Below, in pieces: positions 38,746 through 53,140 of a stretch of 64,000 nt of DNA; within the stretch, counting starts at the first letter, position 1, and the number at the start of each line of letters is the position of its first letter. Made by a program: the position numbers and the translations under genes. The DNA is from Octopus vulgaris. Taxonomy: Eukaryota. The notes under the pieces are model-generated. The model was given only the letters and a program-made list of their open reading frames with translations. It was not told the DNA's origin and searched no databases. Location: positions 4,774,001-4,838,000 of the forward strand of contig CATOCA020000001.1 of the NCBI GenBank assembly GCA_951406725.2, written 5' to 3'.

Positions 38746-38815
<70 letters not shown>

Positions 38816-38827
38816 GTAATAATAATA

Positions 38828-38893
<66 letters not shown>

Positions 38894-38908
38894 GTAATAA
38901 TAATAATA

Positions 38909-38961
<53 letters not shown>

Positions 38962-38968
<7 letters not shown>

Positions 38969-39130
38969 CCCTTTTTTTTAGACATTCATTAGTACAACAT
39001 CCCCACCCCCTGAATATATGGCACACTAGGCATAACAACAACATGGACTTCCAACCCTGTTGTCTCTTGAGGTCTCTGGGTGAGACTTGGAGCCAACTTG
39101 TACAAATATAAAGCAAAAGTCAAACATAGA
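38962..39130 (+). mobile_element. Solo 3' UTR fragment of a probable second Dong/R4-like family between (AAT)n tracts
   Basis: Unique ~170 bp flanked on both sides by (AAT)n, with a gtctc..gagac hairpin near the 3' end like the Dong end at 36000-36053. Confidence 0.45.
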
Positions 39131-40283
<1,153 letters not shown>

Positions 40284-40284
40284 A

Positions 40285-40725
40285 CTTCTACTAAAGGCAG
40301 AAGGCCTGAAATTTGGGGAAGGATGATTAGTCAATTACAATGACCCCAGTGTTTCACTGATAGTTAATTTATTGACCCTGAAAGGATGAAAGTCAAAGTC
40401 TACCTTGGTGGAATTTGAACTGAGAACATAAAGGTGAATAAAATGCTGCTAAGCATTTTGTCCAATGTGCTAATGTTTCTGCCAACTTGCCGCCATAATG
40501 ATAATGATGATGATAATGATGATGATGATGAAGATAAAAACAATTTTGGTAAAGTGGAATATATAGTCCATTAATCAACCCCAGTACTCAACTGGTACCT
40601 ATTTTACTGACCCTAACAGGATGAAAGGCAAAGTCAGCTTCATGGTAATCAGAATTTGGAATGTAAAGTCAGAAGAAATGCTACTAAGCGTTTTGCCTGA
40701 TGTGCTCACATTTCCGTCACCTTAA
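40285..40725 (-). mobile_element. Diverged SINE family B copies
   Basis: gaaaggatgaaa(g)gcaaagtc..ggaatttgaactgagaac motifs. Confidence 0.65.
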
Positions 40726-41272
40726 CAACAATAACAACAACAATACTAATAATAAAATGTGCTGTTTAGCCCTTGGTCAACCCTGACTGTGCAGGCCTGA
40801 GATCAAAAGCATTCTAGCTGTGACCATCCTGTCTTTTTCCTATTTGCAATGACCATATAACCATGTGAGTTCACATGTCCTTGTTTTAAGATACGAGGCA
40901 GATGTGGCTGCTACATCTAGCAGACCGAACCACCACATACACGATCTCTCATTGGTTCATTATTAGCTTGTGCAAATAAATAGACAGGAACAGTTTGACA
41001 GGGCCCTGCTTAGATTTTCAGTAGACGCATCAGATAGCATTTTTATCTGATGTACTTACTACTACTACAGATAACTGTGGTTGTTCAATAGGATTGAGTA
41101 TTGGGTATATCTATTGATGAGGGGGTCTATTCATATCCATTCTCTGTCTTCAGTCATCATATGTTGTCAGAATCATAAGGATGCCTTCCTCACACTCATA
41201 TTTGGGTATTTTAAACATGATGTAGCTAACCCCTCTCTCTGTTAAACTACAGTGGAAATCTTTCAAAGAAAA

Positions 41273-41317
<45 letters not shown>

Positions 41318-42848
41318 GAGAATGAGAGAGTGCAAAATATAATGATGTATTCCTTTCAGTACCTGATGTTGTATTGAAAGAATGAAAAAGCAAAGTTGAC
41401 GTTGATGCGATTTGAACTCAGGGCACAGAATGCCAGAATGACTACTTCAATACATTCTAAGCAATCAGCTAAAAATCCTGTCGAATCCCCAAGTAACAAC
41501 TGGCAGGTATTTAATGCATGGAACATGCTTGGATGGAGTTGAAAGGCAAGGGGAGGTAATCCCTGTTTTTCTTTACCAGTGAATGTTGCTAATTAAACCA
41601 TCACCCATGTTGCTAATTGCACTTTAATTAGCAGATCGTTCGCAGTCATTATCTCCTGTGTTAACATTATTTTATTTACATTTGACAGCAGTTCATTATA
41701 AAAAAATCTATTTGAAATGTCTCATCTTGTCAATCGGTTTCTACTATTTGGTTATTAATAACCAAATTTTGAATATGTTTTCATAATGATGCCTTTAATG
41801 GACTTATGTCTGCAAGTTTATTTGAAGTATGATAATTTTTTTTGTTTTTATTCCAGTTTGTGAATTTGTTTCATATTAAAATTTTGCATGAAGTCACTAC
41901 GTTTTACCCCCTTAATACATTTTGTTTGATTTTTAAATTTAAAAATTTAAAGCAAGATAAAAAGAAAAGAAAAACAGTTTTCATTAGGAGCAGTGTTATA
42001 TATTTTTTAATATAAAAATGAGAAATTTAAAAGCAAATATTTGAACAGCATTGTTAAAAACAACAACATTGTGTAATTCCTTCTGTCAAATATAATTCTT
42101 CAGAAAAGAACAAGCATTATCAATGTATTCTGTTTTTAATTTAATTATTTCTTCTCAATTCAATTTAGCTGTTTTCAAATTATTTCAGAGATTGCACTTG
42201 TGTAGATAATGCAACACTTAAGGGACATTGATAATTGAACAAGACAAGTTTACATATTTTCAGTTAATAATCTCATTACTTGATTTCAACAGGAATAATC
42301 CTTTACAAGAGTCTTCCCCATGACCACCACCTCTCCTCCCGCTCATCCTTCCACACCTTCTCTTCAGGCTAAAAAATTATTCTCAATTTTCAGTTTTCCA
42401 GGAAGCAAACGAATGTATCTGCCAATAATTTCCCAAACATATTTTTGATATTGTTGAGCAAACAGACAACTGACTAAAATCATTATTATTATTATTATTA
42501 TTATTATATAGCATATTGAATTCTTCAGGCTGGAATTACCTATTAAACATATTTATATTGGAGAATTAGAGTGGATGGGGATTGGGGGAAGGAAGAATAT
42601 TTTTAAATCCTTCATTTACTGATGAAGTAATTTTAATTACACATAATTTTATGAGTTAAAATAAACAAAAGACACTGGAACGCCATCCTTCTCCACCGCC
42701 ATTAATACAAAGATAATGAAGAACATAATCCAACCAACATCTATTTCACAAAGACACAAATATTAAAGTAAACAATATTCTTGAAAAAAATTTCTCCTTC
42801 TCATACATACTCATACATACGCTTATTCTCATACATACAAATATATAT

Positions 42849-42891
<43 letters not shown>

Positions 42892-42955
42892 TACATATAT
42901 ATATATATATATATATATGCATACATACATATATACATAAATATATACATGTATG

Positions 42956-43001
<46 letters not shown>

Positions 43002-43119
43002 AATCAAGGAACGGCCATAATAGGCCATTCACCCACTAGAAATAACAGCCAAAAGCTTTAACCGCAAAATAACATCAATTCCGTAAACCAGGAGAAAATT
43101 AAAAAACATTTACCCTGTA

Positions 43120-43226
43120 ATTTCTTATACGATGCACCGTTTCGTCTACTGTTTAATGGTAAACTAACCTGATTAAATTAAATCAAGCCAATCTACCATA
43201 GGCCCTTAGATTCATCAGTAAGAAAT
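43120..43226 (-). ncRNA. Mirror copy of the same hammerhead
   Basis: Reverse complement of 43557-43663. Confidence 0.8.
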
Positions 43227-43556
43227 AGCCAAGTCGGAACAGATATTTTTCACGAGGCATTCCCGTCCCTGCCTCGGCAATATCTGACCTAAAATTTTCA
43301 AATCATCGCACTCGCGCCAAATTTATCGGCAGCAAATAAATATAAGCCGCCGATTCCATTACGGAATTAACCAGAAAATTCATAATTAATCAATATAGGG
43401 TGGCAAAAAAAAAAAAAAATTTTGTAGAATTTTTTTGCCACCAGCGGCCTAGTGGGAAAAAATTAAATAGAGTGCGATGATTTGAAAATTTTAGGTCAGA
43501 TATTGCCGAGGCAGGGACGGGAATGCCTCGTGAAAAATATCTGTTCCGACTTGGCT

Positions 43557-43663
43557 ATTTCTTACTGATGAATCTAAGGGCCTATGGTAGATTGGCTTGA
43601 TTTAATTTAATCAGGTTAGTTTACCATTAAACAGTAGACGAAACGGTGCATCGTATAAGAAAT
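43557..43663 (+). ncRNA. Type I hammerhead ribozyme with long stem II extension
   Basis: ATTTCTTA-CTGATGA-ATCTA..[19-bp hairpin]..TAGAC-GAAA-CGGTGCATCG-TA|TAAGAAAT; 8-bp stem I, intact core, predicted cleavage after 43655. Confidence 0.8.
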
Positions 43664-43886
43664 TACAGGGTAAATGTTTTTTAATTTTCTCCTGGTTTAC
43701 GGAATTGATGTTATTTTGCGGTTAAAGCTTTTGGCTGTTATTTCTAGTGGGTGAATGGCCTATTATGGCGGTTCCTTGATTGTGATGTTGAACTTAAAAA
43801 TGGTCTATGACTATTTAATTTTTTCCCACTAGGCCGCTGGTGGCAAAAAAATTCTACAAAATCTTTTTTTTGCCACCCTATATTGA

Positions 43887-43933
<47 letters not shown>

Positions 43934-44016
43934 TATGCATGTATATATATATAGATATATATTTATACATACATACATATATACATAAATACATATATAC
44001 ATACATATATACATAC

Positions 44017-44077
<61 letters not shown>

Positions 44078-44244
44078 CATAGTTATATGCATGCATATAT
44101 ATATAGATATATGTAGATATATATAGATATATACATACATACATATATACATACATATATACATACATATATACATACATGTATATGTATATATATATAT
44201 ATATATATATACATATACATGTATGTATATATGTATATATTTAT

Positions 44245-47154
44245 ATAACTTAGAATAACTTAGAAAGGCTTTTGCCAGTATTGGCCCAGGCCATGTCTAA
44301 CTTAATAGCACCACCTGGCGAAGTCTTTCAATTCAGGATTTGGGCACTGAGGCCCATTCGAGCAGAGAGTTATTGTTTGCGGAGACATATCCGGGTGTGG
44401 GTGGTTTGTCCGGGACTGTTTGAAGGAATTTGTCCAATGACTTCTTGAATTTTGTGTGGTCAGTTTCTGTTTTGACGTGTCCTGGTGTAATGTTGAAGAG
44501 AGCGGGTCCAATTGAGGTGAAATAGTTGTGCCGTATTGTCGTTATGTGATGCGATTTAGATTTTTGTTGTGGACGGATGGCACGTGGTCCAAGCCTTGGA
44601 TGCATTTTGAAGGTGATGCCAACATCATTCGGACAGTGCTGATGGAATATTTTCCACATCATACAGATAATGTAGCGTTCACGGCGTCGTTGGAGTGAAT
44701 ACAGTTTCAGCTTCTCTAGTTTACCCCAGTAGTCAAGGTCTGACATGCCATCTACCTTTTTTGTGATTGACCTTTGGGGAGCTTCAATTCTCATGATATT
44801 TTGTTTTGTGTAGGGAGACCACAGTGGACAGCAGTATTCAAGGTGGGGTCGGGCAAAAGTGGAGAAGAGAAGCATAATGGTGTGGGAATCTCTCGACTGG
44901 AAGGTTCTGAGAATCCAGGAACACATTCTGCGGGCCATATCAACTTTGCTGCTTATATGTGTAGCCCAGCTTATGTTGTTGTCCACTGTTACTCCCAAGT
45001 CTCTGATGTTGTTAGACGCCATGAGAATTTCTCCAGAAGGAAGGGAGTATGGGAGTTTTAGAGCGTCCTCCCTTCCAAAGTGGATCAGTTCGAATTTGTC
45101 TTCGTTTAGTAACATGTTATTCTTTTCCGCCCATTGGAGAACAGCCAGTAGGTCTGACTGAAGGCTTATTCGGTCATCCACGCCATTGATGACCTTCTGG
45201 AGCTTGGAATCATCAGCGAAAGTTCTGATGTTATTGTGTTTGATGGTGTCAGTAATATCATTAATGTAGATGATGAAGAGAAGTGGGTCCAACACAGTGC
45301 CTTGTGGGACACCACTGCTGACTTTTGGCTGGGCTGGATTTGACTCCTTCGACTACAACATGTTGGGTTCTGTTAGACAGGAAGCACTTGATCCACTGCA
45401 GCAGCTTTCCAGTGACACCAATATTGGACAGCTTTCTCAAAAGGATCTTATGATCAACCCTGTCAAAGGCCTTGCTGAAATCAAGGAAGATGACATCAGT
45501 GTTGGAACCCTCTCCCAAGGCTCTCAAAATGATGCAGTAGCTGCGTCAGGCAATCCCTTCCATTACGGAATCCATGCTGGTTGGAGTTCAGCATATCATG
45601 ACTCTCAAGGAAGTGAGTCATACGCGATCTCAGCACCCTCTCAAATACCTTGATGATATGAGAGGTGAGTGAGATTGGACGGTAATTCACGGCAAGCGAT
45701 TTGTTTCCTTTTTTGAAAACTGGGAATACAAACTGGGATAGGTCTTCTGGTATATATCCAGCATCCAGTGAGTTCCGCCACAGATTGGCTCGAGGGGGTG
45801 CAAGTTGGTGTTGACACATCTTCAAGACACAAGCAGGGAACCTATCGGGACCTACTGCTGAATTATGCTTCACTTCCTTTATTGCTGCTAAGACATCAGT
45901 AGCACCGATAAAGTGTATTGGGGAGTAACATCACTGATACAGACCAGATCAGTCATATCAGGATTGCTGAAAACAGAGCAATATTGTTTCTGCAATATCT
46001 CTCCCATGGTTTTGGCATTGTCTTGAAGAGTACCATTTTCATCAATCAGAGGGCCAACAGTAGAACCAGTGACTCTGTGTTTTTTTGCAAATGAAAAGAA
46101 CACTTTGGGATTGAGTTTGATCTTCTCAATGGCCCAGGCCTCTTCAGCTCTTCGCTGACTATTGATGATAGACATAATGTTGTTTTGGAGTTTATGTTTT
46201 TTAATCTCTAGCGACGAGATGGCAGTCAGGTTGGTGTGTTGCTGTTGACAGTATTTCAGCTCGTTGATTTTTTTTGTTAATTCTTTTAATTTTCCTGATG
46301 AGAGATTTTCTATTTCTAGGGATTCGACACTTAGATTTGTTTGCAGATCTTAATGGGGTGTGGTTTGCACATATGTTCGTAATGGTGTCTACAAATGACT
46401 GCCAGGACTTTTTGATGTTAGTGGGTGTGTATGTGTGCGTGAAGGACCAATCGACTTGTGCAAGATCATTATTGATCGCTTCCCAGTTTGCATTGTGGAA
46501 ATCCATAGTGTCAAATGGATGAACAGGAGGGATGACATTTGTTTTGCATTTTGGCCGGTGAAATCTCAGATCACAGAGAACCATGTCATGGTCGGAGAGT
46601 AGAGTTTCCTCCACTGCAATATTGTGGATAGTATCAGTGTGATTGCTGAAAATTAAGTCTAAGACGTTTTTGAGACATCTCGTTGGTTCGAGCACCAGTT
46701 GGGACAGGAAGAAATCATCCATGAAGTCAAGAAGCGATTCCACTGCCTCCCTGTCAGGGGTTGAGAGAGAAGAACCTGGCGGCAGACTGTTTGTAGACCA
46801 GTCAACCCCGGGAAGGTTGAAGTCTCCCATCATTAAAATGTTGTCAGGTTGGCACTGCTGAATGAAACACTTTATGTTGTTGAGGCATTCCTTGAAGCAT
46901 GGTAGGGGCGTTTGGGGTGGTCTGTAGAGCCCAACTACTGTGAAGTTGTTGGTTTGGCTGAATACAGCGACTGCTTCGCAGTATCCATTGGAAAGTATGT
47001 TCATAGCTTCTGTTGAGAATGAATCATGAACATAAATGGCAGTCCCACCCTTTCTTCTGCCAGCACGATCAGCACGAATGGCTTTGAAATTTTGAAATTT
47101 TCACCTCGGCTTCCAAGTGGAGGTCACTAAGATGGGTTTCAGTGAGGACGAAGA
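44245..47154 (-). mobile_element. CR1/L2-group LINE ORF2 (APE + RT), runs into the assembly gap
   Basis: LYRPP, MGDFNLP, LDL, SDH endonuclease motifs; NYRPISLTS, QHGFR, DFSKAFD, FADD, LYSLQRRRERY; short tandem tail (ttctaagtta)2. Confidence 0.9.
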
Positions 47155-47254
47155 NNNNNNNNNNNNNNNNNNNNNNNNNNNNNNNNNNNNNNNNNNNNNN
47201 NNNNNNNNNNNNNNNNNNNNNNNNNNNNNNNNNNNNNNNNNNNNNNNNNNNNNN
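47155..47254. other. Assembly gap (100 N)
   Basis: N run. Confidence 1.
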
Positions 47255-47562
47255 CCTTGATTATTATGCGTGGGACGCAGTTGACTGAGAGGTCAACAAA
47301 ACCCCTTGTAACATCAAAGATAAACTGAATACAAGGATTATGGCAGTATTCACGAAATTAAACAAGTTGACCGTCCAAAAGAGTTTCAAGAGATTCCGAA
47401 GCTGACCGGAAGACGTGGTTGAAGCCAATAGCGAATTTATTGAAGACATTTACTTTCAAGATGCTTTTTCTGTTATTTTGGTAAATATACCTGTTAAAAT
47501 GGGATGTCAGTTTTATTTTCATTTTTGCATAATTTAGACGACACTATATTTACCGTACCCTG
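47255..47562 (+). mobile_element. 3' end of a Tc1/mariner-superfamily (maT-like) transposon
   Basis: LDYYAWDAV..NKTPCNIKDKLNTRIMAVF..RFRS..VVEANSEFIE; terminus ..ccctg followed by TA. Confidence 0.7.
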
Positions 47563-47568
47563 TACAAA

Positions 47569-47602
<34 letters not shown>

Positions 47603-47649
47603 TTCTGTGTGTGTGCGTGTGTGTTTTGTGTGAGGATGCTCTTGAGTGC

Positions 47650-49760
47650 TACTGGTAAATCCTCCAATAGATGATACACAAGATAGCAATCCCTCCACAC
47701 TATCTATCAAAAACCGCATTATCCACATATGGAATGAAAAACGTAAAGCCAGAAACTTTTCTTTCTGCAATACGATTAAAAACAACCACAAGACAGAAAT
47801 CTAGGAACGCTGGCTAAACTCTACACCAATAATTTTGCCTCGTAAATTCCAACTTAAACGTATTCCAAAGAAGCCGACAAAGGAAGTGCGGTAGTAGTGA
47901 TGAATACAGAATACTACAAATATTTAACACTTTCCATGTTGGAAAATAATATTTACTATTAGAAGTTAATACAATACAACCCACAGAAAACACTGAAAAA
48001 CTTGCCCTCCTTACTCAAAATTCATGGAAAGGGTCTCACTAAATTTGAAATAGACTTTTTACCCAATTTTAAATACGGACCCAGTCTATTCTACGGATTA
48101 CCCCCCCCCCCCCCAAAAAAAATCCTCACATTTGTGAAGCCTGCAAAGTCTCTACAAGCCTATGCATTAATGTCCCTTCCTCTACTGACCTCAAAATGAG
48201 ACCCATCATAGCTGGGCCTTCTTGTGAAACCCACCGTTTCAGCAATTTCCTCGACATCTAACACAAAACGTTTTTTTAAAAATATGTGAAAAGCTTTATC
48301 AGGGATGACCTAGACATGCTGAACCACCTCCCGAATACATTAAAGGAAGGAACCATGCTGGTGTCTTTCGATGTGGTGAATCTGTACACCAATATCCCAC
48401 ATGAGTATGGTATAGAAGCAATCACATCCTGGCTAGAAAAATACCCAGAAGAGATCCCAGGATACATAAACCACAGATTGATAATCGAAGCACTCAAATT
48501 CGTCCTGCTGAAAAACTATTTCATGTTCGATACAACTTACTATCGAAAACAATGTGGAATTGCAATGGGAACCTGAGCTGCTCCAGTGATTGCAAACCTT
48601 GTAATGGGTTACCTAGAACTGAAGTTATACTAATCATCACTAGAAAATTATGGCGCCTCTTTTAATTGCTATTTAAAGGAGAATTGGAAGAGGTATTCGG
48701 ATGATTGCTTCATACTTTGGAAAGACAGCATGGACAAACTCCTTGATTTGAACGTAATGCTTAACAACATACATAGCAATATACAATTCACTATGGAACA
48801 CAACAGTAAACAACTCCCTTTTCTAGACATGATAATTAAAATAGTTAACCACAACATAGAAACAGATATCTTTTATAAATCGACAGATTCTAAACAATAC
48901 CTATTGTTTGCCACCCCAAACACATAAAAATTAATACACCTTTTAATCTGGCGAAAAGAATCTGTACCATAGTTTCGGATACATATATTCTTGAACAAAG
49001 ACTTCTTGAACTTAGATCAACACTAACTAAAAGACATTACCCAATCTCATTAATAAATTATGGCATTAGAAGAGATCAGGAAATAGATATACAAATATTA
49101 AGGCAAGCCAGCCGAAATTCTAAACCAGACTTAAAAATACTCCCGTACATTTCCACACATAACCCTAGAAACATCGAAGCCTTCAATATTATCACCCAAA
49201 ATCTTCTCATCCTCACAGGAGACAAAACAACGAACGAAATTTTAAGCTCATACAAAATTTATAAAAAGCAAACTACAACCCAAGTCACTGAAAAAGTATT
49301 AACCAGCGTAAGACTATATCCACAAACAACAGAGCCAAAAGTGAAAAAATGTGTTCGTCTCAACTGTGGAACATACCGCAACGTTTTTGATGGTTCATAA
49401 TTCCTCTTCAAACAGGGTGAAATATTTAAGATCAAATCAAATTTCACCGGACACTCTGAAAATCTAATCTATACCATGACTTGCTTAGGATGTGGCAAGC
49501 ACTATATTGGACAAACAGGAATATCCCTCCGTCGAAGAACCACCATGCAAAAGGAAGAAATTCTCCACCCACAATACAGACAGTGACAGCTTAGTGAACA
49601 CATAGAAAGGTGTGCTAGGATTCCTAATCCTAATTTCCAAATTTTCCACTTCTATCAATGTTCACAGAACACCTCAATGCAACAAAGGTTGAATAAAGTG
49701 ACAATTTCCATCAATAAATATATTCCCCAACTGAATATAAACACACAACTTAATACAGAA
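47650..49760 (+). mobile_element. Penelope-like retroelement (RT + GIY-YIG), decayed
   Basis: FYGLP, RPIIAGPSCETH, SFDVVNLYTNIPH, GIAMGT, RYSDD, LPFLD, IFYKSTD; NLIYTMTCLGCGKHYIGQT. Confidence 0.88.
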
Positions 49761-50172
49761 CACTACTATCCCTTCAATTAACACCATAAACACCAATACA
49801 TTCCTTACACCATTCACATTAAAATTCTATATCGAACCTTACTGCACAAAATCCAGAACAACTTACCTCCCTTACAAATAATCTTTTTATTCAGGCGCTA
49901 TTAGACCTAACACCGTTCATTAGCCGGCGTTCATTCAAAGCAATGAATAGCTTATGACGAAAGCATGGTATGCTTTCTGACTCTTTAATCATCTCATAAT
50001 AATGACTTTTATGACTCTTATTACTACCTCAGTCCATCTAAACGTATATATATGTCGTTACTTTTCATAAAAAGCTTTTTCTTGTTTTATTTACAATGTG
50101 CATTTTCGTTGATTTTTCATATTTTCCCCTTACATTTACACGTGTATTTCCTAATTTCTTCTTGTAACATAC

Positions 50173-50214
<42 letters not shown>

Positions 50215-50222
50215 CATATTTC

Positions 50223-50283
<61 letters not shown>

Positions 50284-50800
50284 TACATACAGACATACAT
50301 ACATGCATTGCATACATACTACATACATGTATACATACATACATACATACTTACATATATACATACATACATATATACACATGTATTTTCTATTTTCTTC
50401 TTGTAACATATTTCTAATATATATATCTATATATATATATATATATAACATATTTCTCCTATATATATATATATATGTATATATATACACTCATACATAC
50501 ATATATACATACATATATACAAACACACATACATACAGAAATGCATACGCTATATATACCCTACATAAATACGGGTGCATGTGGTCTTTTATGTGTTTTT
50601 AGATCTACGAGCCTCTGAAACTTTTCGTCCTGTAGTAAAACGAATTTGATATCCGAAATCCGATTCCCAAGGTAAACATCGTCCATAAAATATAATAAAT
50701 ATCATAATCCTCCACGTGAAATAACCCAACTTTGAGATCTCAACCTCCCACTCTATATCTTTCACTACCCATGTATTTTATATTTACCATACTATTTGAT

Positions 50801-50865
<65 letters not shown>

Positions 50866-51333
50866 GTGAATTAAAAATCAATCATTGCTTTCATTTTGTT
50901 TAAAATCTCTCCTACTTCTGTTTTATGATACAAGTGTTCAAACACAAACAGCTTAGCTTCCAAATCTTGTTTTCCAATGGGGTAAAAATGATAAAACTTT
51001 GAACCTCTGATGTGTTTTCTAAACTTTGTCTCGAATAAATCAAACATTTCCAAATTTCCACATACTTTTCAAATTTCAAATTCTGTGACACAAAGCGAAA
51101 AGTTCGCGCTCTAATTGCTTATTTCTTTCCTTTTCTCATAGTAAACCTTCCCACACTTTATGAAAGTATACCGCTCACACTATCGTGTTCCCAATGTGTG
51201 TCGTGTTCCTAATATATATATAGGTGGGTCTGTGTGTGTGCCATTGTGTCTGCGTGCGTGGATGTAAGAATGTGTTCGTATTTTTGTGCGTTATCGTGTG
51301 TATACGTATGTGCAGAAGAATTATACGCATAAA

Positions 51334-51374
<41 letters not shown>

Positions 51375-51890
51375 GCATACGTATACCCATGCATACCAGT
51401 ATATATCATATATACACACTCACACATATACACTCACACATACATATATATAGAGAGAATATTATCTTCCAATTATTCAAGTCATTAATCAGCAACCATC
51501 CTGGCAACCCTCCTAGAAAGTATTTTATTCGAATATATTTTCCACGGTATTTAAATTTTGAAAGTCTGTTAATTATTATATCGGTTTCTTTTGAGGAACT
51601 GTTAAGTGACGGGGATGGAATATCTCCAGAGACTAATACAACAACTATAATCAAAGCTCACACACACACATACACCCATGTATATATGTATATACATAAG
51701 ACAGGCCTCTTTCAGTTTCTGACAACAAAATCTACTCACGACACGAAGATATGGAATTGGACACTTGGTGAAGGCAGCTCGTATTAACAATGACCCCTAC
51801 ACCATGTGGTTGGAAATCAAGCTTCTTATTACGCAGACACGCCATTGACTTTATACACACATACACTTATATAGATATACATATATATAC

Positions 51891-52043
51891 CTTATTTAAA
51901 TTCAGCAGAAAATTCAACAAAACCTGTTACTCTGAGTTTCCCGTTGCCGTTCATCGGACAGTTTTTGCTAGACACTGTCTGATGAACGGCAACGGGAAAC
52001 TCAGAGTAACAGGTTTTGTTGAATTTTCTGCTGCTTTAAATAA
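51891..52043. repeat. ~72-bp-arm palindrome (11-bp spacer) whose arms carry a minimal hammerhead motif
   Basis: Right arm CTGT-CTGATGA-ACGGCAACGG-GAAA-CTCAGAG-TA|ACAG (51975-52012); the left-arm copy has a CCGATGA core. Confidence 0.75.
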
Positions 52044-52114
52044 AGCATATTACTCTACCAATGGTATTCGAGTACTCTTTTTTCCACCTTGTTTCACATT
52101 AATGTGTTTACTCC

Positions 52115-52193
<79 letters not shown>

Positions 52194-52596
52194 ATATGTA
52201 TGTATTGTACGCTCAAGTGGTCACACCTGTTTTATCCTGTTTTAAACACCTACATATTGGACTCACTACTGCCTGAACTTTCTGCACCTCTCCGATTCTA
52301 CATATCTGCACTCTACCCGATTGCCACTGGATATAATTATGGATCTCACGGGACACATCTGTTAATGAAAATTCCCTCCAATACACTACAACTTTTAATC
52401 CTTTTTCAACTTCTGTGATTTCCTCATTTTCTTTACTTTTGAAGATCGTAGGGCCGAAACATAAAGCCCTTTCTCACTTTTCGGAGTGTCAAACTAATAC
52501 ACACCTTCTTCATATATCTGTGTTCGTCTTTTGTTTTTCTGCAAATTTCAACTATGTATATATATATATATATCTATAGATGTATATATATATATA

Positions 52597-52948
52597 TAAA
52601 TACAGTGTACATTTAAACACATAAGAGGTATCCGTCATAGGATTCATTGCACGCTAGAAGGAACAGCTAAAATCCAAACCGCTATTAGGGATAATCATCG
52701 AAGGGAATGAAAATTATAAAACATTTACCTCTGTCTCCTAGACAACGGATTGAGACATTTTTTTAGCAAATATACTTATTTGCTAGGCGAAGTCTTCACC
52801 AGCAGGTACGCCTATATTAAAACATATAAGCATGAGGCAATCCAACATTGCCTCTTATGTGATACCTCTTATGTGTTTAATTATGTTTAAATGTGTTTAA
52901 ACACATACGACGAATACCTCTTATGAGTTTGAATGTACACTGCATTTA
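52597..52948. repeat. Element with ~45-bp terminal inverted repeats, interior partly resembling the 43-kb repeat
   Basis: taaatacagtgtacatttaaacacataagaggtat versus its revcomp at 52905-52948; ctagaaggaacagctaaaa resembles ctagaaataacagccaaaa at 43040. Confidence 0.55.
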
Positions 52949-53043
52949 TATGATTAATATATAGGCTATTGACAATATTTTTACACATTAGGCCACTGGT
53001 AGTACAGATTCTAAGCTTTTTTATTACCCTGTTATTGTTAATT

Positions 53044-53044
<1 letters not shown>

Positions 53045-53124
<80 letters not shown>

Positions 53125-53140
53125 CAGATTGATAGATAGA
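53045..53140. repeat. (AGAT)n microsatellite at the 3' end of the Tx1 copy
   Basis: Direct observation. Confidence 0.95.

Larger units (their letters stand above)
42997..43894. mobile_element. Non-coding Penelope-type/retrozyme-like insertion: two opposed, circularly permuted partial copies of a ~495-nt unit
   Basis: 42997-43313 = revcomp of 43470-43786; 43382-43470 = revcomp of 43811-43894; flanked by (TA)n. Confidence 0.85.
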
